Assembly (NCBI RefSeq): GCF_035084215.1
Contig: NC_090333.1
Coordinates: 76,818,001 to 76,882,000 of the forward strand
Source: Heptranchias perlo
Taxonomy: Eukaryota
Direction: 5' to 3'
DNA: 64,000 bases
A program made the translations under genes and the position numbers. How positions within the stretch are numbered: position 1 is the stretch's first letter; every line of letters begins with the position of its first letter. Below the pieces are notes generated by a model. The model did not search any database and had not been told where the DNA came from. It was given only the letters and a program-made list of their open reading frames with translations. Shown here one piece after another: positions 1-12,798 of this stretch.

Positions 1-189
1 GGTCCAGTGAGTCTTATCCTGTTCATCATTTTCGTATGTTCGTATGTAACTGCACATTGAGGGTTAGGATTTTCCCAAAGTGAAATCCCCTATGAGTTAG
101 AATTATGGGGGGGGAGGGGAACATCACTCCACTCCACTCCACCAAAATGTTCCTGTATATGTTTCTGCAATCTTTGCTCATACCTCGTT

Positions 190-870
190 TATCTCAAACT
201 AGGGACCAGTTGCGTGGCTCTTCTCTAGATGCCTCCAGGCCTCAAATGTCTGTCTCCCTTGTGAATGGCTGGACACAGTACTGAAGGTGTGGTCAGACTA
301 GAGCATGATACAGTTTGAGCATGTGTCTTCTAACTGAGATTTTATTGCTTTAGCAATGTGCCCCCACTATATTCTTTCGCTGTGTTTGCTGTTCCCCAGT
401 GATTGGACATTTTGAGTGTGAAGTCGACTGAAGCCCTTTGGTGGCCTTCAACTTCATCTTTAATTATTTCAACACCATTCATGGAGGATTCAGGCTCCCT
501 ATTTTTTGCCCTCTACATGCAGTAATTAACACTTGTCTATATTATCCGCCACTGTTGCACCAACTTATTTTGTTGAACCCGTTCTGGAGCCTGTCCCTCA
601 GTTTCAACTGCCCCTGGTAGTTTGATATCATAAATGAATTTGACTCGTTTGTTTCGAGTTCTGAATCCAAGTCATGAACGTCAATAGGAATGCCAATGCT
701 GATCCCCGGAGTACCCAACTGGGCATACCTCACTGCTCCACCTCCCCCTTGACGTCGCCCATGTTACAAGTGCTGCTCCTTACCCTCCAAGTAATCTCTT
801 TTCCATTCCATTACCTGGAATCCCTACCACTGTTCGCTTGGGTGCTTGCCTTTTGTAGACCATCCACGGG
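190..870 (-). mobile_element. Old, decayed CR1-type LINE RT fragment
   Basis: Minus strand shows degenerate VPQGS-like and NDLD...DTKL-like stretches with frameshifts; boundaries approximate. Confidence 0.5.
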
Positions 871-1602
871 TCTGCTGTAACACTGATTCTATCCTCCCCA
901 CTTCATCGTCTGAGGACAGGTTCTCCAAAGGTTAGTGCAGCACAACTCCAGACTGCTCAACATTTCCAACCACAGTGACTGACTTTGTTAAAATGCTAAT
1001 CGAAGCCTTACAATTGTTGGCAAATTATAGGACCGCTGAGACATACCAGAACCTCCTGGAACCCCATTCTGATGAAGTAAATACTTTGAAAAGCCTTTTC
1101 TTGTGCCTCCAGCAGAGTCTTTACATGAATGAATAAAATGTACAAAGCAACAAGAAGTGTCAATCGTGGCCAGTGTGTACTTTGTGGACTGATTCAGATG
1201 TTACACACACGATTCTTGATCTGACCAGTTTGAAATCCCCTGTGCTTTGTAGTTGCATGGCCTATTTTTCATTGCTCACAAATACAGGACGTGTCAGCCG
1301 AGAGGATGACAGAATACTACAGTGTTCGTTCGTTGCCTCTTCCAGTCACAATATTGATTCAGAGTTTAAAAAGAGAGAGGTTTGATTGAAGAAAATTATG
1401 AATTTCAATCACAAACTTCTATGTTTTGAGTAAGATAATTTGATCAAATTGAAAGAAGCGGACATGAGCTGCCAATATTCCGTGGTCAGAAATATCCACA
1501 GATGTATTAATTTTATAAAGTTGAAGTATTTCTGTTCATTGTTCTAAATATCTGGTTATGTCAATCTGTTAATAGAAGAGACAGCAGCTGTGTGGAAAAT
1601 AA

Positions 1603-2325
1603 CAGAAGAAATAGGAACGGGAGTAGGCTATACGGCCCCTCAAGCCTGCTCCGCAATTCAATAAGATCATGGCTGATTTTCGACCTCAACTCCATTTTCC
1701 CGCCTGATCCCCATATCACTTGATTCCCTTTAGTGTCCAAATACTATGTTCTCAGTCTTGAATATACTCAATGACTGAGCATCCACAGCCCTCTGGGGTA
1801 GAGAATGCCAAAGATCCACAACCCTCTGAGTGGAAAGTTTTCCTCATCTTGGACCTAAATGGCTGCCCCCTTTTCTTGAGACTATGACCCCTAGTTCTAG
1901 ACTTTCCAGCCGGGGGAAGAGCCTCTCGGCATCTACCCTATCAAGCCCTCTAAGAATTTTATACGTTTCAATAAGATCACCTTTCATTCTTATAAACTCC
2001 AGAGAAGGTAAGCCCATTATACTCAATCTCTCCTCATAGGACAACCCTCTCATCCCAGGAATCAACCAGTGAACCTTCGTTGTACCCCCTGGTAAGGCAA
2101 GTATATCCTCCCTTTGGTATGGAGACCAAAACTGTACACAATACTCGAGGTGTGATCTCACCAAAGCCCTATATAATTGCAGCAAGACCTCCTTACTCTT
2201 CGCCTTTATTGCAAGGTGGTTGGAGTATAACATACCATTTCCCTTCCGAAATGGTTGCTGTACCTGCATGTTAATGTTCTGTTATTCATATACAAAGACA
2301 CCCAAATCCCTTTGAATACCAACAT
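1603..2325 (-). mobile_element. CR1/HER1-type LINE 3' fragment with 3' UTR tail
   Basis: ORF 1844-2269 contains LYRALVRSHLEYCVQFWSP...GDLIETYKILRGLDRVD (CR1 ORF2 C-terminus), followed by a CR1-type 3' UTR. Confidence 0.9.
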
Positions 2326-2559
2326 TTTTTTTGTGTCTCTCCTTTTGTTTTAAAACAAGAGGCTCCTGTGAATTCCTCCGTCTTCTATTATAATGCTGGG
2401 ACACATTTCTAATACGCCTCAAGATTAATCCACGGCGACTTTACTGTCAGTGAATAGAGATAGAAGACCAAAGTGCTGTTTAGGCTGAAGTTCTGTTCCC
2501 GCCGTACGATCCTCCCCCCGCCCCTCCCCACACTCCTGCCCCAGATTATCCTTTCTGAG

Positions 2560-2951
2560 CTCCAGCCAGGTGATGCTGAACACTCAGTTGGGAAAGACCA
2601 AAGTCTACAACAATGTGTTTAAAACAAAGCTGATTTATTTAACACGTATCCAGAATATCAAACTCTAGCCCAACCACAGGGTTTATTAACATCAGCAGAA
2701 AGACATCCCAAATGTCAGAATGAACATGGTTCAGTCCTGGATGTGATCAACCACAGCAGAATCCAACCCCTGCAAAATAACATGCGAACTCCCTGGTGTG
2801 TCAGCGGGTAGGATGATAGAGTGAATCCCTTCTCACACACTGAGCAGGTGAATGGTCTCTCCCTGGGATGAGTGTTTTGGTGTGTCAGCACTTCCCTTTT
2901 GCTCCCAAAGCTCTTCTCACAGTCAGAACACCCAGTTTGTATTTTCTTCAT
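2560..2951 (-). pseudogene. C2H2 zinc-finger gene 3' fragment (two degenerate fingers plus 3' UTR-like sequence), antisense in an ATF6 intron
   Basis: CSDCEKSFGSKREVLTHQNTH-PRERPF-TCSVCEKGFTLSSYPLTHQGV: C-x2-C-x12-H-x3-H, then a TGERPF-like linker; the second finger lacks its last His. AATAAA on the minus strand at 2634-2639. Confidence 0.75.
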
Positions 2952-3724
2952 TCTGTGAAAGGAGAAGTAATACCATGGCAGTGGTTTAAGTTGAGACCTT
3001 GCCTTACATTATAGTGTAGTATTAGAGACTGTGGGTGTGGTTAGGGATGAACATTGGGAATATGTGCAGAGTCTTGAGTTGCCTTTGCAGCAACCATAAA
3101 TGCCAAAGCAGGAGAACAAGTCCAAGTCTGAAGCCAATCAAGGAATCTTCGTTCTTCATCTCAAGTTCACCACTGACTATGTTGTGTTGCAATTACGTAC
3201 AAGGTGTTTTTTTTGTACAAATTGTTAGCCCATTCATGAAAATAAGTTCCATCTCTTCAAGAGATTTCTGCCCTGGAGAGAAGGACTGAGACTTCTGTTG
3301 AATGTTCCCATTGGCACAGTGGGTGTGTGTGCTAGCTCCTGAGAGACTTAACGGTTATTGGTGAAGACTTTGTGTGTTGTGATATAATGCGTAGTCCAAA
3401 GCACGAATGTTTCTAGGTACACTTAATTAACACTTTCTATGTATTAACTTTTTGTAACTATTAGTTGCAAGGGCAAGTTTATTTAAAGCATTGAGTAATC
3501 AAAAACTTCTGGGTCAAATGAGCAAGTTTATTTTAATATCTTTGATGAAATGGATTTAACATTGTGTCCCCAATATCTTCTTATTGTGTTTATAAATCTT
3601 GGCAGCCCCCTTTCCCAAGCGGTGAATGCAGAGTTAATTGAATCTTGTATATATTGATGTTGGCAAATTGGGGCATTGCATTGTGCACAAATATTAAGTT
3701 TTTGTTTTATTTTTCTTTCAATAG

Positions 3725-3809
3725 GATGTTGACATGGAAATTGACTTCAGTTTGGAATTCATGTCTTGGGATTATGATCCTTGGGAACCAATATGCAGCT
3801 TGCCTCCAG
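3725..3809 (+). CDS. ATF6: ATF6-alpha coding exon (equivalent to human exon 3; transactivation domain with VN8-like motif)
   Basis: Acceptor ttttctttcaatag|, donor |gtatct; 85 nt, phase 0 to 1. Translates DVDMEIDFSLEFMSWDYDPWEPICSLPP, which aligns with recalled human ATF6 [24 protein letters not shown]. Confidence 0.88.
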
Positions 3810-4134
3810 GTATCTCCTACTCATTATTTACAGTGATTGGAATGATGTGATTTAAAAAAAAAATTCTGAGACGTCTGGGTGAAAGCTTAAAGCCCACAGT
3901 ACAGAATATCGCCAAGGGTGATAAGAGCAGAGAGAACATTGTCAGAGGCAGACAAAGTTGACGGTGGACAACAGAAACTGGGTAATAATCAATAATCCTT
4001 AAAATGTGACCTTAGACTTGTGAGGTTCAGGAACAAGACAACAAAGTTGTGCTAAGAATGTTTGTATGTATCTGCACCAATGAATGATTGTCATGGTTTA
4101 GAAGCACACTGTTACTTCAGTTCTAACATCAAAA

Positions 4135-7000
4135 ACGTGAGCCTTTAACGTAGTAAAGCATCCCAAGGCGCTTCACTGGAGCGTTATCAAACAACATTTG
4201 ACGTCGAGCCACATAAGGAGATATTAGGACAGGCTTGATCGAAGAGGTAGCTTTTAAGGAGCATCTTAAAGGAGGAGAGAGAGGTAGAGATGTGGAGAGG
4301 TTTATGGAGGGGAATTTCAGAGCTTAGGGCCGAGGCAGCTGAAGGCATGGCTGGCAATGGTGGAGCGATTAAAATAGGGGTTGCGTAAGAGGTCAGAATT
4401 GGAGGGGAGCAGAGATCTTGGAGGGTTGTAGGGCTGAAGGAGGATACAGCGATAGGGAGGGGAAGGCCATGGAGGGATTTCAAAACTAGGATGAAAATTT
4501 TAAAGCCAAAGTGTTTCTGGACCGGGAGCCAATATAGGTCAGCGAGAACAGGGGTGATGGGTGAATGGGACTTGGCATGAGTTAGGATACGGGCAAGAGT
4601 TTTGGATGAGCTCAAGTTTATGGAGGGTGGAAGATGGGATGCTGGCCAGGAGAGCATTGGAATAGTCAAGTCTAGAGGTAACAACTGGTGATGTTATGGA
4701 GGAGGAAATAGGCTGGAAACTCATCTCTGGGTCAAAAAGGATGCCAAGGTTGCGAGCGGTCTGGTTCAGCCTCACAGTGGCCAGGGAGAGAGATGGAGCC
4801 GGTGGCTAGGGAACGGAGATTGAGGAAGGGACTGAAGACAATGGCTTCAGTCTTCCTAATATTTAGTTGGAGGAAATGTCTGCTCGTCCAGTACTGGATG
4901 CCGGACCAGCAGTTTGACAAATGAGAGACAGTGAAGGGGGTCAAGGGAGTTGGTGGTGAGGTAGAGTTGGGAGTCGTCAGGTACATGTGGAACCTGATAT
5001 TGTGTTTATGGATGATGTCACCGAAGGGCAGCATGTAGATGGGAAATAGAAGGGGACCAAGGATAGATCCTTGGGGGACTCCAGAGGTAATGGCATGGGA
5101 GCAGGAAGAGAAGCCATTGCAGGTGATTCTCTGGTTACGATTGGATACATAAGAATGGAATCAAGCGAGTGCAGTCCCATCCAGCTGGACGACGGAGGAG
5201 AGGCGTTGGAGGAGGATGGTATGGTCATCCGTATCAAAGGCTGCAGACAGGTCGAGAAGGATGAGGAAGGATAGATTACCACGGTCGCAGGTCACGTAGG
5301 ATGTCATTTGTGACTTTGACGAGGACCATTTCAATACTGTGGCAGGGGCGGAAACCTGATTGGAGGGATTCAAACATGGAGTTGCGGGAAAGAGGAGCAC
5401 AGATTTGGGAGGTGACAACACGTTCAAGGACTTTGGAGAGGAAAGGGAGGTTGGAGATGGAGCAGCAGTTTGCAAGTACAGAGAGGTCCTTCTTGAGGAG
5501 GTGATGATGACGGCCGATTTGAAGGGGAGGGGGATAGTACCTGAGGAGAGGGAACCGTTAACAATATTAGCTAACATGGGGGCTAGGAAGGGAAGTTGGG
5601 TGGTCAGCAGTTTGGTGGGAATAGGGTCGAGGGAGCAGGAGGTGGGTCTCGTGGTCATGATGAGCTCGGAGAGGGCATGAAGGAAGATGGGAGAGAAACT
5701 AGAGAAAGATGTGAGGGTAGAGGGGGCCTTCGGGGAAGTTTGGCTTGGTGAGCTGGGGAGGGAAACAGCAGAGGCAACTGAATGGATGGTCTCAATCTTA
5801 ATGACAAAAGTCCATGAGCTCCTCGCACTTTTTGTTGGAGGAGGCAGGGTAGAGAGGTTTAAGAAGACGGTTGGTAGTGGCGAAGAGAAGTCGGGGGCCA
5901 TCTTTGCATTGCAGGATGATCCTGGAATAGTGAGCAGTTTTGGCAGAGGAGATCAGGACCTGATGGTGCTTTATGTGGTCCAGCCAGATCTGGCGATGAA
6001 TGGCTAAACCAGTTGTCTGCCAAAAATGTTCAAGTCTGCATCCTTTGGACTTAAGGGAGTGGAAATGAGGGCCGTACCAGGAGTAATGACCAGGGAGAGA
6101 GAGAATAATGGTTTTAATGGGGACAAGGGCATTGAAAGTGAGAGTGTGATTGAGCAGATCGGGAGCTGCAGAAATGTCGTGGTGAATAGAGGGCCAAAGG
6201 CTAGATAGTTGGGAATTTTTTAAGTGCTGCTGCAGGTGACTTGGGGGAGAGTTTTTTCCCTGCAGGATACAGAAGGAAGTGGGATTGGGAGGGGAATGTG
6301 GGTGGAGAGGGATACAAGGAAGTGATCAGAGATGGCCTTATCTGTGATTGACACGAGGGGAGTAGACAGGCCACGTGAGATGGCAAGGTGGAGGGAGTGG
6401 CTGTGATTATGGGTAGGGGAGTTTATATGGAGGGAGAAATTAAGGGAGTAGAGAGGGCAGGATGAGTTGAGATGGAGTTTGAAATCACTGAGGATGACAA
6501 GTCGCTGAGGGAGAAAAGCGGTTTCTCGGTGAGAAACTTGGTGTGGTAATTGGGTTGGCGGGAGAGAAAGAGGATTTTAAAGGAGAGGCGCGAGGGTGGA
6601 ACAAGGTGAGCTGCTGAAAGGAGGAGAAGGTGCCAGAGGAGAAGAGGGACAGACCGAAGTGTGATAAGGGCCACACTGCCACTGTGGCAGTCTGGGCGGG
6701 GAAAGTGGTGGAAGATATAGCCAGGCGGGGAGGCTTCAGTAAGGGGAAAGGTGTCATCACCCGTCAGCCAGGTTTCCGTCAAGGCCATGATATCAATGCA
6801 ATCATCCACAATAAAGGCCTTGTTCACAAGTGAACGGACATTCTGGAAGAAGATGCGGAGAGGGGAGGTTATAGCTGATCCACTGGCAGAGTGCACAGGG
6901 TCAGCGCTGCGAGGGGTGAGTGGGACGGGAAGGAGATTGGCAGATTAGCCCCCAGCCAGTGCGCTGGATGGGAAAGTCGGTGGAGCATTTGGGGTTGCTG
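4135..7000 (-). mobile_element. L2-clade LINE, nearly complete ORF2 (APE + RT), frameshifted
   Basis: APE motifs QNVRSLVNK and LTETWL; SCSLDPIPTKLL; LLDLSAAFDTDDHTILLQRL; SRLDYSNALLA; SPITPVLADLYWLP; L2-type 3' tail gtgaagcgccttgggatg. A 5' extension to ~7300 is possible. Confidence 0.9.
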
Positions 7001-7334
7001 CTCGTAAGGAGGCAGCGACGAGTGTGTCAGTGGGCCCTTCAGAGGATGTCGAGAGGCACAGAGGGAAGCTGTAGGTTTATCTCAGAGAATTAAGCCTGGG
7101 ACGGCGGCAGGAGAGTAGGAAAGTGGAAGAGTGCTCAAGATTTGGGGTAGAGATTTGGACGAGCAAAGTACCCGAGAGGGAAGAAATGAAAGGAGACGTG
7201 ATGACAGGAAAGAGGGGTCTTGGAGGGCTCGAGAAAAGAAACAAAAACAAAAAATCGAAGTGATGGTCTCGGGTCTACAGCAGCAGTCAAAATGCGGCTG
7301 CAAGTGGACACAGGGAAACTCAAGCTACGTAGGC

Positions 7335-9888
7335 AAGGTTACATAGCAAGATTAGCAAAAGTAAACGTGGGTCTTTTAGAGGCAGAGACAGAAGAAATTA
7401 TAATGGGGAATAAGGAAATGGCAGCGACGTTAAACAAATATCTTGTACCTGTCTATGTAGGAGAAGACACAAAAAACATGCCTGAAATAGTAGGAAACCA
7501 AGGGTCCAGTGAGACTGAGGAACTTAAAGTAATTTAAGATTGGTAAAGAAAAAGTACTGGAGAAGTTGACGAGACTAAAAGCCGACAAATCCCCTGCACC
7601 TGATAGGGTTCGAAAAGAGGTGGCTGCAGAGATAGTGGATGCATTGGTTTTGATCTTCCAGAATTCCTTACATTGTAGAACGGTCCCTGTGGATTGGAAA
7701 GTAGCAAATGTAACCCCACTTTTCAAGAAAGGAGGGTGAGAGAAAACAGGGAACTACAGGCCAGTTAGCCTAACATCAGTAGTAGGGAAAATGCTTGAAT
7801 CTATTATTAAGGACCTATTAACAGGACACTTAGAAAATCATGATATGATCAGGCAGAGTCGACGTGGTTTTATGGAAGGGAAATTGTGTGTGACAAATTG
7901 ATTAGAGTTTTTTGAGGGTGTAACTAGCAGGGTAGATAAGAGGGAACTGGTGGATGTAGTATATTTGGATTTTCAAAAGGCATTCGATAAAGTGCCACAC
8001 AGGAGGTTGTTACACAAGATTAGGGCTCATGGGGTTGGGGGTAATATTAGCATGGATAGAGGATTGGTTAACGGACAGAAAACAGAGTCGGGATAAACGG
8101 GTCATTTTCAGGTTGATAGGCTGTAACTAGTGGGGTGCCACAAGGATCAGTGCTTGGGCCTCAGCTGTTTACAATCTATATTAATGGCTTAGAAGAAGGG
8201 ACCGAGTGTAATGTATCCAAGTTTGCTGACAGTACAAAGCTAGGTGGGAAAGTAAGCTGTGAGGAGGATGCAAAGAGGCTGCCAAGAGATATAATCAGGT
8301 TAAGTGAGTGGGCAAGAAGGTAGCAGATGGAGTATAATGTGGGGAAATGTGAGGTTATCCACTTGGCTAGGAAGAATAGTAAAGCAGAATTGTTTTAAAA
8401 GTTGGGAGACTAAGAAATGTTGGTATTCAGAGGGATTTGGGTGTCCTTGTACATGAATCACAGAAAGTTAACATGCAGGTACAGCAAGTAGTTAGAAAGG
8501 CAAATGGTATGTTAGCCTTTATTGTAAGGAGGTTGGAGTACAAGAGTAAGAAGGTCTTGCTGCAATTATCCGGGGCTCTGGTGAGACCACACCTGGAGTA
8601 CTGTGTACGGTTTTGGTGTCCTTACCTAAGGAAGGATATACTTGCCTTGGAGGTAGTGCAATGAAGGTTCACTAGATTGATTCCTGGGATGAGAGGGTTG
8701 TCCTATGAATAGAGATTGAGTAGAATGGGCCTATACTGTCTGGAGTTTCGAAGAATGAAGTGATCTCATTGAAAGGTATAAAACTCTTAGAGGGTTTGAC
8801 AGGGTAGATACTGAGAGGCTGTTTCTTCTGACTGGAGAGTTTAGAACTAGAGGTCGTAGTCTCAGAATAAGGGGTTGGCCACTTAGGACTGAGATGAGGA
8901 TCAGTTTCTTCACTGAGGGTTGTGAATCTTTGGAATTCTCTACCCCAGAGGGCTGTCGATGCTCAGTCGTTGAGTATGTTCAAGAAAAGTGCCAGGCAAT
9001 GATCATCTCCAACAAGAGAGAGTCTAACCACCTCCCCTTGACATTCAACGGCATTACCATCGCCGAATTCCCCACCATCAACATCCTGGGGGTCTCCGTT
9101 GACCAGAAACTAAACTGGACCAGCCACATAAATACTGTGGCTACGAGAGCAGGTCAGAGGCTGGGTATTCTGCGGCGAGTGACTCACCTCCTGACTCCCC
9201 AAAGCCTTTCCACCATCTACGAGGCACAAGTCAGGAGTGTGATGGACTACTGTCCGCTTGCTTAGATGAGTGCAGCTCCAACAATACTCAAGAAGCTCGA
9301 CACCATCCAGGACAAAGCAGCCCGCTTCATTGGCATCTCATCCACCTCCCTTCACCACCGGTGCACTGTGGCTGCAGTGTGTACCATCCACAGGATGCAC
9401 TGCAGCAACTTGCCAAGGCTTCTTCGACAGCTAGCTCTACCACCTAGAAGGACAAGGGCAGCAGGCACATGGGAACAACGCCACCCGCACGTTTCCCTTG
9501 AAGTCACACACCATCCCGACTTGGAAGTATATCGCCGTTCCTTCATCGTCACTGGGTCAAAATCCTGGAACTCCCTTCCTAACAGCACTATGGGAGAACC
9601 TTCACCACACGGACTGCAGCAGTTCAAGAAGGAGGCTCACCACCACCTTCTCAAGGGCAATTAGGGATGGGCAATAAATGCTGGCCTCGCCGGCAATGCC
9701 CACATCCTATGTATGAATGAAAAAAAAGACTGAGATTGATAAATTTTTGGACACTAAGGGAATCAAGGGATATGGGGATCGGGTGGGAAAGTGGACTTGA
9801 GGTCGAAGATCAGCCATGATCTTATTGAATGGCGGAGCAGGCTCGAGGGGCCGTATGGTTACTCCTGTTCCTATTTCTTATGATCTTG
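7335..9888 (+). mobile_element. CR1-type LINE, 5'-truncated, interrupted by a nested LINE
   Basis: [50 protein letters not shown] and a CR1 3' UTR; the sequence resumes after 9729. Confidence 0.92.
8986..9727 (+). mobile_element. Poly(A)-tailed APE-RT LINE (family B) 3' fragment nested in CR1
   Basis: KCQAMIISNKRESNHLPLTFNG...LDTIQDKAARFIG; ends ggcaataaatgctggcc...poly(A); flanked by aaga/aaga; same family as 30945-33845. Confidence 0.88.
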
Positions 9889-11175
9889 TTAGGATAGATA
9901 AATAAGGTAATAAATAAATAAGGAATAGAGAGGAAACAGTAGGAGGGAGTCCAAAGTTAAAGCCAGATGTCTCGTGGTGGGGTAAAGTTGAAGTAGACAG
10001 GGTGGAGTCAGCTTGAAGCATCGATGAACTGATGCCCAAGTTTGGAGACAAGTGTGAAGGATGAGTGAGTCCAGAAACTGTTTTGAAGGGTAGAGTATCT
10101 GAGGATGTACTGCTGGAGATATATCTGTGGGAATGAAGAACCAGGAGGTTTGCAGAATTGATCCCTTAAAACAATGTGGTTCCTTCGCTTTCCCTATGCG
10201 GGCACGTCATAACTTCAGTAGCATTGGCACTGCTGCAGCAATGTTATCCATTCTTCACTTGACTGGTGTCCTGGAGCAGCAGCCGCCTTGTTTGCTCATG
10301 AGTCTTGGTTGCAGATCGTTTCCTGTACAAACCAGACTCGTCTGCACTATAAATCGAATCGGCAGCCAACCTGCGGATTTGAATCTCCTTGTTGTGATGG
10401 TAATACACAGGAAGGTAACACACAGTCTCAGAATTACGACAATTATGCCCCTTGACTATTTTTCCTCATGAGAATATTTACCCTTAACCATGATGCGGGG
10501 GACCAGTGACCAAAATTTCCTTGGAACCTTTCCGCTGGAAGTTTTAAGAACTGAAGGCCAACAAATGTTGGTGGTGGGCTAAGTAACTGGCCTGCACTGA
10601 TATTGGTCTATGAATGTGGATGTTGCCTGCAGAACACATGTTCACATCGTGTGTGGACTGTTGACACGCGTGTGCTTACTTATGATGCTGTTTCATTAAA
10701 AGACGTGACCTGCTTTAACCCAAATTGTGCATGGAAGTTCCAGGTCAAGATCCAAGCTCGATCTGAAGTCCAGCAGCTGGAAAGCTAAATTTGGATGGAA
10801 AGCTAAATCTGGCTTATTTCACAGATAAACATGGATGTGGTTAATTGGAGGGCAGGTAATGGGAGCTCGACTGTATTTCAAGTGTGGCCATCAGCTGAAA
10901 AGTGAAAAAGACCTTGTACAACTGAAGCTGCTTTTATATTGGGTTCAGAGGGGTCCTCGGGCTGCTGGCCCCCTACACATGGGTCTCCCACAGTCCAAAA
11001 TAAACATTTGTGGATGGGAAGACCGAGTGAAAGAATATAAAAGTAGCTTTGGAAGCTGCGGTTGCCTAAGATTTGATTGGCAATTATGCGCATGACCCTT
11101 TCTTTCTGCTTGCAAGGATTCTCAATTGGGGTTGTGACTCAAAAATGGCTTAATTCAATGCACCAGACTTTTAAG

Positions 11176-11601
11176 CAAGAAAGACTTGCATTTGTGTAGA
11201 GAGCTTCATGACCCCAGAGCGTCCAAAAGCACGTTATAGCCAATGAAGTGCTTTTGAAGTGTGGTTACTGTTGTAATGTCGCGAAACATGGCAGCCAATT
11301 TGTAATGGCAGCCAATAAGATAAATGACCCAAGAGTTATTTTTAGTGACGTTGGCCAAGGGATAAATATTGGCCAGAACTATTCTTCAAATTCTTTGAAT
11401 AGTGCCATGGGATCTTTTATTCCCCCCTGAGGGAGCAGACGGGACCTCAGTTTAACATCTGCTTTGAAAGACAGTGCAGTACTCCCTTAGTGTTGCATTT
11501 AAGCGTCAGGCTGGATTACGGGCTCAAGTCTCTGGAGTGGGGCTCGAACCCACAACCTTCTGACTCAGGTGAGCGTGCTCCCACCGAGCCGAGGCTGACA
11601 C
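11176..11601 (-). mobile_element. tRNA-derived Deu-domain SINE (SacSINE1-like)
   Basis: Reverse complement matches the + copy at 12799-13220: tRNA-like head with A/B boxes, central domain and L2-type tail. Confidence 0.8.
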
Positions 11602-11939
11602 CAGTGAATGCATTGTCTACCTGACAAAGCTGCTAATTGTAGATGAGATTTACTGTATTATTTGTAACCTGCCTGGTGAGATAAGACTGTCAATATTTGT
11701 ATCAGTAAATCCAAAATGTAGTGTCAGCCCTGGTCTATATTTCGATTAAATGCGCTCTGTATTAGAGAGAATAGCTGTCTCTTGGTATGCAGAACCCTGT
11801 ATATTTATTATTTGTTGTTTTAGTTTTCTCGCTCTTTTGTCAGGCACAAGCAAAAAAACTTGGGTGGGATGAGTGATTTGTGAAGTTACAAACATGTTAA
11901 AGTGAATGATGAGTGGTGTGCGTTTGTCTTTCTCTGTAG

Positions 11940-12022
11940 ATGCACAGATGAAGTCCGAGCCTCAGTCTCCAGCTTCGAGCTGTTCAGCACCTTCTCCTTC
12001 TGCAGATTCAACTTTGCAGCAT
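11940..12022 (+). CDS. ATF6: ATF6-alpha coding exon (equivalent to human exon 4)
   Basis: Acceptor tttgtctttctctgtag|, donor |gtaagc; 83 nt, phase 1 to 0. Translates (D)AQMKSEPQSPASSCSAPSPSADSTLQH versus human [33 protein letters not shown]. In frame with both neighbours. Confidence 0.88.
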
Positions 12023-12798
12023 GTAAGCAATTTCTCCTACGACTGACCCTAATCTTTATTAGTTTTGGCTGCCAAGAGCAGTCACAAAACCACAATATTA
12101 CATTTTTGAAGTTTCCTTCCCATCTTCAATGCTTTCTTCAGGAATGCTGGCTGTAAACGGCAGTTTATGTGGTTATACCACTGAACTGTCAAACGACCTG
12201 CTATCGATGTCAGTCCTTGTAAACAATTCTCCTAAATGACGAGAAAAGAAAAACGGAGTGCCAATAATATGAAATAAAAGTGTAATGTGCGGCAGGCCAG
12301 TCTGCACATCAAAGAACAACATTGTTTTACATTTTCAGGAAAACGGCAACAGTCAGTCTGCAAAAGCTCCTTTCCCAGCACTAACCAAGACCAACTGGAA
12401 GAACAATTAGTCATAGTCAAGCATACAAATTGTCTTCGACTTCTTCAATAAAGGCAGCTCATAGGTTTAATTGCCTGAGAATAGGTTTTCCATTGGTGAA
12501 AAGAGTTGTTAAGTGCTGTATATAATCCTAATAATGTTCACCCCTACCAATTTGTCTCCTGCTGCCTTTCCATGGTGCTCACCCCCACCAATCTGCCTTC
12601 CTCTGGCTCTCCTTCCTATTTCCTCTCTAAATCTGCCCCCCCTCTCGAGTATCTGCCCTAATCGAACTCTCACTGACTCCCATTGACATTGCCCCGATCC
12701 ATCTGGTTTTCCCATAATGCTCACCCCTCTCAATCTGGCTGTTCCATTTTCCTTACCAGTCTGTTTTATTTTGCCTTCTCTCCTCAATCTGTTTTCTT

